Source of the DNA: Ascidiella aspersa
Taxonomy: Eukaryota
NCBI GenBank assembly: GCA_963924565.1
Contig: OZ004611.1
Location: forward strand, 30,008,001-30,072,000
Length of the DNA: 64,000 nucleotides
Direction of reading: 5' to 3'
The notes beneath the pieces were generated by a model, which saw only the letters and a program-made list of their open reading frames with translations, did no database searches and was not told the DNA's origin. Shown here piece after piece: positions 13,401 through 28,400 of this stretch; position 1 is the first letter of the stretch; every line of letters starts with the position of its first letter. A program made the position numbers and the translations under genes.

Positions 13401-16400
13401 TAAGTCATCAATATTGACCTAATGTACAATTTATCCTGTTAGTCAACTTATCTACAGAAATCAAGTCAAAATAACAATTAGTCACGAATAAGGTTTTAAA
13501 TTGTGTAAGTTTTCGACAGTAAAAAGGCAACAGCAAATGATTTTTATTTTTTTCCAACACATGGATAAAGTAGCATTTTGTCTTTTATAAACATACAACC
13601 TTCCATAATATCTGAGTTATATCCAGAGACGACGGCTTTTATCAAACAACAAAACAACACATTAGCTGAATCAAACTGTTTGAAAAGAAGGTGCTAAAAG
13701 AAAAATGTTGTTCGTTCTTTCGTTTTATAAAGGTAGTGTTTTGCATGTAATGAGAATTACTGGGTGAATTCCCCTATGTAAAACAATGTTTAGCTCAATG
13801 GTGAAAATAACGGCCCAAATAGACGTAAAAAGCGACATGCTTTATTGTTGATATCACTGATGATGGCATGAGCATTTGCCGAAACGTTTGAACAATAAAG
13901 CATGTCGCTTTTTACGTCTATTTGGGCCGTTATTTTCACCATTAAACCTATGAACACATCCGTATATAGTGTTCCAATGTTTAGCTGCGTTCCACAAAAT
14001 GCATTTTTCTATCTTTGCCAATTTTGCAAAACGAGAATTCGATTGTATAACAGAGTTTAAAATAGTGCGAGTAAAAACTGTGCCTTGTCTTTGTAAAAAT
14101 GCCATACAAGCAATATCTTAAGGTTGCCGATAACTTCTCAATTTTTGTTAAACTTTGCCAAAACTGCAATAACAAACCTTATCAGTAAAATTCTCCCAAA
14201 TTTCTATTAAGCAATCCACATTGAAAGCTAATTATTAGTAAAGTACGACCTTGGGTGGCATCAAAAGCGGTGATTAGCTTTGCAGGTTTCTCACCACAGA
14301 CACGCCAGAACTCTAAGGCTCACCACCCAGCAAATGTGTGGCTGGGAAATTATCGCTTTAGCTTCCGCATGCCTTGCAGTGCAAATTCTCATCCCGTTAA
14401 ATTTGAGTAGTTAGACCTAAAATATTTTATTTTTAACACTGATTTTAATTGTTACATTTCAAATTTCAAACTGTGCATTCCTATCATGTTGAAGATGAGT
14501 AAAGTGACATTCGAAACATTCAAAATATTACCTGATTCTATATAGGATCTACTATTCATACTTTGGTTTTCAAGCTGTTTGTTTATTATTTTAGTTTCAC
14601 AGTGTTTTTCAATATTTGTTTTTTACACTGTATCTTGGCAAGATGACATTTGTCCAGCGCTAAAATTATATTGAAATGAAAAACTAAATTGCCTGCGAAT
14701 AGTGTTCGATGCACAACATTTAAATAAAGTTGTTCCGACAGTCGTGTAAGATTGAATATGACTTTATACATAAATTTTTAGTCGTTTGACTTTCACTGGA
14801 GCACAATTTATGTAAATATATATCTGTGTAATTTGGAACACCTTTTGTAACCAGGAAGCCAGAATGTGTTATTTTTGGGAACAAGTTCTTACTGATGAAA
14901 GCTTATATTTCTTCATAATTTTCTTAAATAAAAATGTACTTCAATATTTATCACAAATTTTGAGTCATTAAGGCTACCTTTTGAATACTTGAACTTATTG
15001 AAAACAAATTGGTGCAGCAAAAGTATATTTTTTGGGTTGTAGGTAATATAACCTTGTATTGCTTTTTGATTATAGATTTAATACCAATTTATTGTAATAC
15101 TAAATGTTTGCAGATAAGGAGAAGCCCCGGCGAAAACGATTCTTTGACGACGACGACATGTTCTTTGAGGGTGGGAGTTTTCTGGATGGACTATATTCTT
15201 GTGGTTTAGACGAACAACCGTGTCCCGAATGGTAAGTGATAGCTAGGGGCGTCTACATTTTATACCGATTTACGACTCCTGACCGATTCCAATAGGGTTT
15301 AATTCCTATACCCGATATTCTGATAAAATAAGGTAAAACTCGAGATTTTTAAATCTTTTAAGGTTTCAAAACTAACATATAGCAAAGAATTAAACTTGCG
15401 AAAGTGGTTCTAAGTTCCTATGGAGTCGTAATATACTTTAAGCGAATTAAAAGACGTTCTTGAATTATTTTATTAATATTTTTTTGCGAAAATAAAATGA
15501 TCGTTGCTTCACGGCTTGATTTTGTCTTTAAATTTTACATTTCAACTCTTTTTATTACTTCCGTCGCAGCTCAACAATAGAACTTTTATAATTATCTCTT
15601 AGTATTACAAGTTTTAAGGAAAACATTACGTAGCGAGAATAGTAAAACCCACATAGAAGTAGGTAGCATTTTGAATGTTTCGAATATCATCAGTTGCTGC
15701 ACATATATAAAGAAATATTCGAAACGTTAAAATTGCTGGATACTTCTACATGGGAATTGATGTTTTTACTACGTTTAAATAAAACCTCCAGACATTATGC
15801 TTATTTTCAACGAACTTTCGCGTTCAGCGAACTAAAAGAAGTCTAAAATCAAAACTTATGCCTCCTTCAAAACCGGCTCACGCGCCCACGGGCTATTATT
15901 TGGATTTGAAATCGAGTCGGCCTCAGGTTAAAACAAAAGTTCGATTTGAGTTCGCCAATCTTTAAGCCGATCGCAAATAAGTGGCACGGCAGGATTGCGC
16001 AATACTGTTTTGCAAACAAATGAATTTTGAAATCAATTAAACTCTAGGCAAATTATTTGGAAAATAGCTTAAAATAGTATTTGCAAAATACGGTAATTCT
16101 AACTTATTATAAAAGTCCAAGTCATTTATTGAGTCCGCAAACACTAGAAAATGATTTCAACTCTCAATTTATTTGGATTGTTATTTAATTTTTATAGCAA
16201 GGTTACCGCTTTCAAAGCAATAAATTCACCGCAAATACAAGGTACTTTCGGAATACGTACCGACAATTTGAGTATTTGCAAAATACCTTGTTTTCACTTT
16301 ACAAAAAAAAACGAGTTAAAAAAAAGGAATGAATTCATACTTTACGTCGTTGGTTGTAAAACCATGTTTTAGTCCGATTTAATGTTTTATTTAATAAAAG

Positions 16401-19400
16401 TTTTTGCAAAACCTATAAATTAAACTTAAAACCTGGCCAAAATTATTTTAGTCGAACCGATTTCAATTCAGAATGAATTCGAATTTCAAATTATTAATCA
16501 TAACCAACAGCAAATATTATGTCTCGCAAAAAATTCGCTTGGAAAATATGAACAAAATGCTTCATAAGAAAAAAACTAACTGAACCAAAACTAAAGCAAG
16601 TAATCCGATTAGAAATTAGATTGAAATCAGCAATTTTAGGCATAATTACTCTGCTGAAAAATTATCCAGTCTCATCATTGTCAAAGACGTTTCACACAGA
16701 GAAAAACAAAAACACACAACGGCAGCCAAAGCTTACCAAAGCTTGCGACTATGTTTACTATTTAAGGCGTTGCCTTGCTAAGCACCTCTCGGATTTTAAG
16801 AGGCCGACGTGCCACTCTACTATTAGAAATTCCGTCAACGCTTGAAGCGGCGTTTGTTTTTCGGATTCCGTCCTTGTTTTGTTTATTTGTTTGCGCGATA
16901 AATTCGCCACAAACAGAGGCTTTTGGCGGAGAAAGGCCATAGGGACTTTTCAAGAACGGGGAAAGGGCGTTTTATTTTATTTCAAACAGTGGATGCCAAT
17001 CACTGCCTTCTTGCTATGTTAAAAATGTTGAAAATGAATAAAGAGATATTCAAAACTTCGAAATGCTACCTACTTGTCTATAGGCCTTTATATTATTACT
17101 ACATCTTACTCCAACCTTTAACCCTTATCTTAAGATTTATTGGAAATTGGAAACATTCACAAAATACTTCCTACTTCTGCATGGGCTTTGCTATTCATTC
17201 TGCGTCTAACTACAACCTCCAACCATTATGTTAAGAGTCATTAAAACGCTACCTACTTCGGTATGGGTTTTGACATTCTTATTACGTCTTACCACAACTT
17301 TTAACCATTATGCAGTGGTTCCAACTTTTTAAAGGTTATTAAGCTTTCGGGCCCTCAGATATTTTAACTCGGACCCTGACCAATGATTTTGCAAAATTAG
17401 TTGTAGTTCGGTACTTCAATGCTTTGCATAATTGGTTCAACGCCGATATAATCAAAGCTCATCAAAGTTGCCTTAAAACAGTGCTTCTTAACCTACGAGT
17501 CGCGACCCCACATTTGATTTGGTTGCATCACCGACGAGAGATTTAAGAACATTGCGGAGAAATTCAAACAACACATGGTCCAAATAAATTCAACCTATTT
17601 ACGCTAATGTAATGTCCTATGTTTTGTTTGCTTTCAAAAAGTTCAGTGAAGAGAATTGAGTCGCCAAAGATTTTTTGTTTTATTTATAGTATTTCGCAAA
17701 AAACAGGTTGATAAACACTGCCTTTAAACAAAGATACCAAATCGTCGTTAAGTCCCTTTACAGCCAACCTCGGGAAAAAAACGTAAATCGCAAGCGCGCA
17801 AATATTTTGCCAAAAAAAAAAAATTCCCGCCGATTGAACAAAAGCACAGCTCAAGACATATCAGCACTCGGCGAAATAAATCGCAATCCTAAAGAGCCGA
17901 ATTTCGAGAAAAACACGCCTCGCATGACGCAGGCCCGCTGCTTTAATTGTCGGTTTCCCGAGCGGGTTCAAAGCACCAGAAATCCCGCGGAATTCTGTTG
18001 GTCACCCGCACCAGCTGCTACCGGTTGAGAATGTGGCGCGCCCACTTTGACCGCGACCGCAAAAGAGGAAAAACAAAGTTTCCGAGACTGGTTTTGGAGG
18101 TGATCGGTGAAAAACAATGCTGTGGTCGCGTGCTGCAAACGTTTTTTTGTGTTTAAAAATATTGTAGGGATGCCGCAATCTATTAATTATTTCTGAGGGG
18201 TGCCGCTAGCCACAAAAGGCTGAGAAACACTTATATACAAAATACCGATCACAACACCCAAAATAAATTGCCCAACATGAAACACAGATTTCAGCAAAAT
18301 TAGCTGCATGGCCAGTGACAAATTCCCACTATTACTCACATAATCAACAGTGTCTGCCAGTGCTTTGGTGGAGTCTTCTCAGTTTTCCTGGACCTTCATT
18401 TTGTCGAACGCTTTTTTTGTGCGAAAGGCTTAACACACGAATTGCAAGGTTTTAATGTAAAGTCGTTTTAACACCTAATTTTTAACACGAATTTAATTTT
18501 AAGTTTTAACAGATTTTTTCCAGGCCCCTGTGTTATAAAAACGTAACAGTTATGTCTCGCAATTCTTACGTCACACTATGCAATCATTGCGTCCCAATGC
18601 GCAATCATTGCGTCAAAGGACCTTTTCTTACACTTTCGTTTACACTGGCTATACCAAGGCTTGTTTTAAAAAAAATTCATTACTACGTCACACTGTGTGC
18701 ATTATTACGTCACAGTGTCAGTTGTTTTTGGCAGGACAAGCTGGACGGGTCATCGTACGTGCAGCGCCTCTTGTGGTGGAGGTTGGGGCGTTTTGCGACG
18801 ATATTGCAGCAACCAGAGGGACGACCTGACCTGTGATGGAAAGGACACACGACTGGAGCGGTGCAACACGCACGAGTGTCCACAGTGGACGACCTGGACT
18901 GCAAATGGACTCTGCAGCAAGTCTTGTGGTGTCGGTCAGCAGATTTTCACCAGGTCAGCAAATTTATTTGGTCATTTTTTCGTCGAAGACGCGTATTGAC
19001 AAATTAAGTCCTTTTCATACTTTTATCAAATAAAATATTACTTTCAATGCGTTCCAGTTAAGCTCGTTTTTTGAAAGTCTGCTTTATTATTGACAGAACA
19101 ATGGAAAAATGTTGTAATAATTTTCACTTAATTCAATAAGTTTTCGCTTCAAGATGATCAATTCACTAGACAATACTTTGGTCAAACTTATCCTTTCAGA
19201 ATTATCAAATTCGGCCACAGTTTAAAAATTTCTTTGCAACACATCATGTCTAACATGGTATAACTAATACGTCATTCGTGTTCTGCATAGGTGTAACAAA
19301 ACTTGAAATAATTATCTAAAATATGATCGGAAAAGGCGTTTACCAAATATAAATAACAATTCATCAAAATAAAATTGCTTTTTGAAGATTTTTCTTTATA

Positions 19401-22400
19401 AAACACTTTAGTTTTGCATTTTGCAGTTTGCAAAAACAAATCAGAAATACTTGCTTTAAATAAACTGCTACAAAATGGCGTCCAAAACGCAACCGGTCTA
19501 ACCGCTTTGGTTTAAACAAATCCGCAACAAAGTGCAAATAAAAAAGGCGCGATTTAACATAAAAAAAACGCGCGATTTAACATAAGCTAAAACGAAATCT
19601 ATCACAATGCGCTTTCCACAAGCCTTTCTCATTAAAAAACGGATTACGAGAGACGAAAAAAGTTCACCGAGCATATCAACAAAGAGTTAATTAACGCTGG
19701 TTACGCCCATAATAACCTAAACATTCGGCTCCAAGTTCTTCTAAGGCGCTTAAAAGGTTGAGTACAGAAGCAATGTAAGCAAGCGTGCATAAATAAACAT
19801 TCTTGTTTTGTTTTTTTGCTTTTGCCATGCACGTCGTTTTCTTCGTGTTTTCAAAGACTAAAGCTTGCCTGATTTAAACTGCCGCAAACGGGTTTTGTTT
19901 AGGGCGAAGTTCGAAGCCAAAACTATGTTTACCAATGCGGTATTGCAACGGGAAATCGCTTACTTGCGAATCACGATCCAAGCGTTTCACATTCTTATTT
20001 ATGCTTTACCCTAGACCTAGATTAAAACGGAGTGGCTTGACTTTTGTACGCTTAGCCGCTTTATAAGCAGTCACGATTTTTGCACACGCTTTCTGCTGAG
20101 TTTAAGGTTAATAAACACACTTTAGAGCCATGTGCTACTTATTTGTACCAGTTACGCTCAAGTGTATCAACATTACAGCATCTCTGCCTGTGTTTGTTAT
20201 TCAGATTTTCGCCCAGCCCGAATTTTTTTCCTGTTTGGTTTTGGAGGTAAACGGAAATCCGATTATGTTATACGCGGAGATGTTTATGTTTCGTAAACCG
20301 CGCAAACTCGCAGGCTTAACTTGACCAGCTTTGGTGGTTAAACGTAACAGTGAGTCAGCATGTTTTTTACAGAGCCGTTATGTTTATATATAAAAATTAG
20401 CACTGTTAACAAACTGTTTGTTCACATTAGACAACCTTTAGCACACAACTGAGCCGCATAAAGTCAGAGTAAAAATAAAAGCGAATTAAACAGCGATGTA
20501 AAGGCAAAATAATTTTGGAAATAACAAAAAGTTGTGCTCTATTTTCGCTGGTGTCTTTCCAGCGCTTGCAGCATCTTGTTAATTGTTTTGTTCACCAATT
20601 AAATCAACTGGTTTGTATTGACGATTTGTCGCGTTTTCTTGTGATAGTTTGCTCAACGAACGGACCTTAACGTAAATTGGGATCGGTAGCGATTCTTAAG
20701 AAATTTCAGTCTTGGGTTGTGAAATATCACGCGATTTGCATAATACACAAGCTGCGTGCGGTATAAACGAACCATAAAAGCACGCAAACGCACATAGAAG
20801 TACGCAAACTCACGCAAACGCACTTAAAAGTACGCAAACTCGCGCAAACGTACTCAAACATACGCAAACGCACGCAAACGTACTCAAACATACGCAAACG
20901 CACGCAAACGTTACCAAACGCACTTGACATGAAGCAAACGTAACCAAACGCACTTAAACTTAGTCAAACCTACTTAAAAGTACGCAAACGTACCGAAACG
21001 CACGTAAACGTACCGTAAAGGAACGCACACATTTAATTACATTAACAACGATTGATTTCCATAATGCTAAAACACCGAAAAGAACGTGCCGCATTGGCTG
21101 AACAGACTTCCGTTCAATAAAGGTACATAGCTCACCAAAATCGTTTTTGAAAAAACCTCACGGAACTCGTTGTGCTGCGAATTTCGTCGCGCTCTCGTCT
21201 CCTAGAATAAACGTGTCTCAGCGGGTAATGAGTGCTTAATGAGCCGACCAATACGTGTTATATGCAGATTTCGAAAGGCCCATGCCAAAAAACGCCGGTT
21301 CTTTTTAATGCGAGGGAGTCATTTAAAGGGTGTGGCATAAGTTTCATTGGTAAAATACAAGCCTTAGGTTGTAAGAGAATGGCCTTTTTCTGACATTGGT
21401 ATATGTTAATTTAGGCTTTGCAAAAAACTTGATTTTCTTCTGATTTAGAGCTGTTTTATTTTGCTTATAAAATCCACGATTTCTTCTAATTATCCTCAAT
21501 AAATTATAAGTCCATATTGAACAGGGGTTCTTAAACATTTTTTAACGGCGGACTGCTAAAATAATTTTTTGCTTCACGTGGACCACGGTAAGCAAGACAG
21601 TTCATAAATCGACGTCACAATACAAATAGACTTTATAAATCGGTTGATTTCGGTTAAAAAATTAAGAAAGTGAAATGGAGTTTAAATACAGTAAAAAAAC
21701 ATTTTATTTTATTTAAACTGTTTCTTTAAAAGATTAATTACTTCTTAAATATGAACAACTTCAATTAGGATTTCATGAACCCCTAAAGCTAGTCCACGGC
21801 AAAATATAATTGCTTCTGATTCCTTTTTGGTAAATAAGATTTAGAAACGGTAAAAACAAACTTTGTCGGGCAAAAATTGTTTTTTAGATTTTTGCTTGTC
21901 AAGAGATGCCACAAAAACATTTCCGTCTCTTCACCTTTGAAACGTGATTTACGTTGCAAAACTTTCCAAATCAAAAATAAAATCGTGAAAAAGAGAAACA
22001 AAACAATACATTTCCATATTGCAATTAGACAGAAATATTGTGCAACAATTTGTTCTTGAAAAAGAAAATATAAATTGTTAAAAACGGATTCCGTTTGATT
22101 CTGTTAACAAATCAAAAAATTAAAAAACTTCCCCCCCCCCAAAAAAAAAAAAATCGAGGATTTAGTTTTCCAAGAAATGAACAATAACCACAGTCACATC
22201 GCATTTCTAACCTCCCAAACAACCCATCCATAACCTTTTGCTAATTTACATTCTTGCTTAGCGTTTTTTTACAAATCGACAGAAAAACCTCGAAAAAACA
22301 ACACGAAAATAAGAATTAAACAAAACACCACGCGCCTCGCTTTCCAAAAGCTCAACAATTTCCATACTTTCATTAAGCGGAAAAACATACCCGCCAGCCA

Positions 22401-25400
22401 ATAAACGCGATACGATTCTACACGTTCCTGTGTGTGACGTAATAAAGACGGGCGCGAGCGGGGTCGCAAACTCCATAAGGACCTCGGTGCCAAAAGCAAC
22501 ACGTGGCTGCTTTGCATTCTTCCAATAACCTGAAGGCACGTTTTTGAAATCGCCTATATTGAGCAGTGGCCCTTTAAGGAAAGCAATAGTTTTTAGGATG
22601 CAAATTAAACGCTGGCAAAATCACGCAAATCGTTTTCTACTTGCGAAATTAACTGCGATCGTTCTACCGTACATAGAGCCCGCGTTGGGTCGTACTGAGG
22701 GCAGTCGAGCGGAAAATTAAACTCTACTATGAATATTATTTTGTAAGTACTTCTATCTGCACACACGGAGTGTTGTCGACATGCCTAATTACTAAATTAG
22801 TGCATGGGCATTAACTTTGGGTGTGGCGATTGATAATATATTTCCTTGGTATAAAACAACTTTCTTGTTTATACGCTTAACTGCAAGCGCAGTAATCGAA
22901 ATCGAAAGCCCTTTTTAAAAACCTTATAGTTTTAGCTAGGTCACCTTATCTTGTTTATTTTAGTAATGCCATTTTGGTCGTATTTTCGTTATTGTTCGCA
23001 GCACCAAGACTGCGCCAAAATCGCTTCAAAGTTTGGCCGACAAAAGGATAAGTAAAATTGATCTTCCGGCAACTTATTAAACTACCAACGTTTCCATCAC
23101 CTATTAGGGCATAAGTATGTGGCTTTCCAAACTTCATATTAATTTAATTTGTTTCAAAAAATATTCTTAATAGGCGAAAAACGAATTCCAGAGAAATAAA
23201 ATGTTTTCATGCCTAACACAATTTCAGACCATTGAAGTATTAGTCGGGAATCTAACCCACTGTAACTTTAGAAATTGCACACTGGACGGCGCAGCGGCGC
23301 ACGGTTGCGCGGGACAACGCGAGGAGGTACGCGCATGCGCACAACGTCAGGAGTGCACGCCTCACTGGAGCGAGTGGTCACGCCTGAGTGCGTGCACAAG
23401 AACATGTGGAGAGCTGGGAACTCAAAGAAGAGTGAGAAGTTGTGTGGGACAAACAAGACAAAAGGTAGATATTTTCTAACCTTAAATAAAGATAGTACAC
23501 CAAAAGCCACTGCAGACTTGCCGAAACTGTCGATTAATGATGCAACCAAGGCAAGCTAGAAAAACAACTAAAGCCTGCAGTGAGATTCGAACTCACGACC
23601 CTCCGGTCAAGCCGGGACCGTCGCTCAACCAACTGAGCTAGACAGGCTCAGAAAGGAAGCAAGTCGAGAAAAAAACATACGCCAATACTTGCAATAAAAG
23701 GTTTTAGAAGAGTAGTTCTGAAACTGGAGAAGTTATGTCACAACCTGGAAATTCCACACTGACCCCAGTTCGTTTGTGTTATTTTTTTGGTTTAAATTGT
23801 TGTTAGAATTGGACGAGTTTACAAGTTTCAATAGTTTACCAGTTTACTTTTATGTCAATGACATGACTTGAAATTGACTTGGTCTCATAATGAATTGACT
23901 GGGACTTGACCTGGGCAACCGGGACTTAAGTCATTTCAAAAAGACTTGTTTACAACACTGATGGTTATTAAGGTTTTTATGCTTTCCAGAGCTCGGTCTG
24001 CGTCGGTAGAAGTTCTGAGCTGGTCAGTTGTAACAGTGAGGTGCCCTGTCCGGCCAGACACGGACCCTGGTCGCCATGGGCCGGCTGCAACGACCTGGGC
24101 TGCGGGGACTGGGAAGAGGCCATACGGAACCGGACCTGTCTTGCTGAGTATTGCGAAAAAGGTAAGATAGCAGTTGTAGAGTTATTACGCCGTTTTTAAT
24201 ATATGGTAAACTGGGGCACAATGACTTGGTATTAACCGAAAGATTTCAGGCAAATTTCTAACATGAAAAAAGTAGTCGGGGCACAATACCTGGACTAAAA
24301 TCATTAAATAATCATTTGGGCAAAATGACTTGGAACTCTTAGTTAATTTAGTCAACCTAACGTAATTTAGTTGGATAAACAATTTCGTGGACAACGTTAA
24401 AAAATTCCACCGTATTATGTTTAGGCTAAAATATATTGTCCTGTCATTATCAACAGTCAGTTCCAACACAATATTAAAACGGTTGCCATCGTATTATAAA
24501 AAATTATAATGTTTACATGCTTTCCAAAATATTAATCATGATAGCCTTTAAATTTATTCTTAAACTATAGTAGTGTGATTTTTATGGTTTTGCGAAACAA
24601 GACGCTTTTTACTTTAAAGATGAGCTGGTGGAGCGAAGACTGTGTATGGGAGCGAAATGCGACGCCAACGAAACAATCAAGAAAATACAGCAAAATCGTG
24701 ACCTAAACAATGTGTAAGTTCATATTCTTAGTGTGTTCGTTACATAGGGGAGTCAATATGAATACAACCCTTAACTCAGTGGTTCTCAACCTTTAATGGC
24801 TTGCGGCAATCCTTAGAAATAATAAATAGATTAGGGTTTTTTTCCGTAGGTAAATCACTAGAATATCACAATAAACGGAATTGGAACAACCCACATATCA
24901 ACTCTGCACAACGTAGGAAGTTTTAATTGGATATATTCCGCTCTAATCTTACACAAAAGTTATAAGAGTTGGCAAAAATCAGATTCTCAAATATCTCTCG
25001 GCACCGCTAGAAATGGCACCCGCTTGAGAACCACTGACTTTACTGTTTAAAATTGTTTTGGTTTAAGGTAAAACTCTGTTTTAGATGTCATTATTTCTAT
25101 TATTTTTTTCTACAAAATAATGTCTGTATAGAATTTGTGAAATGCATGTTTGTTGATTACAACAAAAAGTATCAATGTTACATATTCCAGGTCTATAAAT
25201 CTAGGGCGAGGTTGTTATATTAGACAAGCAGTTCACAAACTTTGAAGTCTGACACTAAATCAATTATTGCCCGATACTATAGGGTTGTATCCGTGGCATA
25301 ATGTTAACCATCTGGATGTAATGAAACTTCTTCGGGCTAATATAACTATTTAATGACGTTCATCGGTTTCGTTTGGTCTTTTTGTGGTAGTGTAAATTAC

Positions 25401-28400
25401 TGACGTCAATTCGAATCAAATGTGAGTCAAAAGCTTTAAACAAAAACTCTTTTGGGGCAAATTTTTGTTTTGGTTAGCTTAATAGTTTTTCCTGAAATTG
25501 AAAATAATTTAAATTGGACAGCGACCTATTTTTAAAATTGGGGGAAGTTTCGGCTTACTGCATAGAGATTTATTTCTACCTTTCGTAAATATTCCCTGAG
25601 ATCACCTTAATTGGCACGAATTTCAGCAATATATTTTTGTATTAGTCCATAGGCTATGCATCGCCAAAACATTTAATAATATCGCAAAATTTTTCACAAA
25701 TCCAACCGAATGGTAACAAATTTCATTGAGATATTTTTGTATTGGTCTACAGGCTATGCATCTCCAAAAATGTTTAAATATCGCAAAATTTTGCACAATT
25801 CCAACCAAATGCTATGTAATTAGAGAAGAATAAAGAAATGTCGCGACATTCTTGGTCACGATCAGTGGTTTGACCCCGGGCCCCAAACCACAGTACCGGT
25901 GGCCGGTGTGAGATTTGGGAAGGGTGAAGCTCTAATTGCCCGGCAATTTTCACGCCTTTACTCGGCCGCGGGCGAGTTTGAAACAAGTTAGCATTTTTAT
26001 GGCATTTGTTGCGAATAATGCTGGTAATGGTACCACACAATATTCATACCAAGTTGCAACACACGTTTAACCATGATGAAACAGAAAACGCATGGAACGT
26101 AAGACACAAAAATCGGTTTCGCATTATTTGAGCAAAAATGTGGTGTTTAACAGTATATTGTTTCTACAGTTGATAGTTTGCTGTAATTTGAGTAAATACG
26201 CTAATCGCCCGAACAAATAAAGGATATACTCGGCTCTTAGGGCTGGGCTTGCCGTTCTCATGACAATTGAACTACAAACTAAATTTAGAATAGTTTGAGT
26301 TTATTTCCCATTTTTTTTCAATAAAGAGAGACTTAAAAAAAAACACACAGATATTTAGGTTATTGATCTGCTTAGCACGTTTTTTTGGTTCACCGATAAA
26401 AAATTATGTTTTCTATGTTTTTCAGCCACGTGCTTGGCGCTTGGTCGAGCTGGAGCGTGTGCTCAGTCAGCTGTGGCGAAGGCGTGACCAAACGGAGCCG
26501 ACAATGCACTGACCATGTTACTAAGTTAAGGTAAGAGAAAAAACAAAAAAAACTGAAATTCTGAAAAATAAATTTTTATCATTTCAAAAGAAAAGCTATT
26601 TTTACCATTTGAAAAAAAATACCATTTAAAAGAAAAGTTATTTTTATCATTTGAAAAGAAAGACTATTTAGAAAAGCTATTTATACCATTTGAAATTAAA
26701 GAACATTTAAAACTAAATTTAGGAATACCATTTAAAAGAAAAAATATTTTTACCATTTGAAAACAAAGACCATTTAAAAAATATTATTTCTACCAATTTG
26801 AAAAGAAAGACCATTTGAAAAGAAAGACTATTTAAAAGAAAATATATTTTTACATTTTAAAAATTAAAGACCAATTGAAACTAAAGTTAGGAATACCATG
26901 TAAAAGAAGATACATTTTAGCATTTGAAAACAAAGACCACTTGAAAAAAATATATTTCTACCATTTAAAAACAAAGGACATTTAAGAAAAAGTTATTTTT
27001 ACTATTTAAAAAGAAAGACCATTTAAAAGAAAAATTAATTTGACCATTTAAAAAATAGCATTTGAAAGTAAAGTTACTTTTACCATTTAAAAAAGACTAT
27101 TTGAAAGCAAAGTTTATTTCACCATTTGAAAAGAAAAACCATTAAAAAGAAAAGGTATTTTACCAACATACAATCTTTAAATTAAACACTTTCCGTATTC
27201 ATACATGCATTATACTACTTCTCAGTTTAGAATCCAATGGCACAAAATACGTTTAATCGGTTATGGTCGTTTTTTTAGGAAACGAAACGGCAACTAAAAT
27301 TTCTGCAGCAGTTTAAAAAAAGATATGTTTTGTAATACCACAGAGAATTAGCACAAATTAGTTGCGATATCTTGAAATCTCTTAGCGGTCACCAAACTCA
27401 AACCTAAAAACGCGTGTCGAAATTTCGATTTCCGCATATGCAATAATCTTGTAAATGGCCGTATTTGTCTGATTCTAAACAGAGCAAACAGGTGGCATCA
27501 TATAAAGGCACGAACATTTTAATTTCTTTTATTTGTACTTCGACATAATGAAGCACGGCTGTGCAAAAGCTTGTCAAGATTTTAATATCGTTTGTCGATG
27601 CGCTATCAATGTTTCTCTATTTATCTGTTATCGTAAACGTACACAAAAACAGTTTTGAGAATTTTCAAGGCGCAATCTAAATGAAATTACACTATACGTA
27701 AAGGTTCAGAGGCGTTCAGAGCCGTCACAGAGGCAATAAAAAACACATTTTCTTGTTTTTAAGCGATTTAAGATGGGTTTTGTGCGAGCAAGCAAATTAT
27801 TAGTAGCCAGTATGATTGTTGTGGCAAAATAAACATGACCAGAGACAACGTTGAATATCAGAGCTAAACTAGTTGGAAGAAACGCATATTCAATAGTTCT
27901 GGAAATGACAAAGGTCTTAAAAAAACGGTCTTATCTGGTTTAAGGGCACGTGACTATTGTTCTCGCGTTACAAGATCTTATCGCATCCTCAATTTGACCA
28001 ATTGCGTTTCTGCCCAAAATGCAAAGTCATCATATTTTTACCAAAACTTAAGACTTCGTTGGTTGGACATCCGGTTATAGGATGTCAAACTTGCAGCATC
28101 GATATATAGTTACAAAAACAAATCCTACAAACGCGAATAATTGTTCCGTTATAAAGGGATTCTTCTGACAAATATGTATTCAGCGCCAAAAGCCTGGCAG
28201 CAACGGTATATTCATTAATTGTTCCTTGTTAAAAAAAACTTTGACAAAATAGCGGGCTTGTGACGTTTTTATGATAAAACCTAATTTACAATTTCAAACT
28301 TCAGTAAAGATATTTTTTTAAAGCAGTTAACTGCAAATTGACAAAACTTCCACATGTAAGCTATATTATAATAAAATGGCACGACAACCACCAAAGTTTA

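Noticed and set aside
20727-20930. Cys/Val-rich repeat ORF on the minus strand
   Set aside because: It is the translation of the 10-bp simple repeat.
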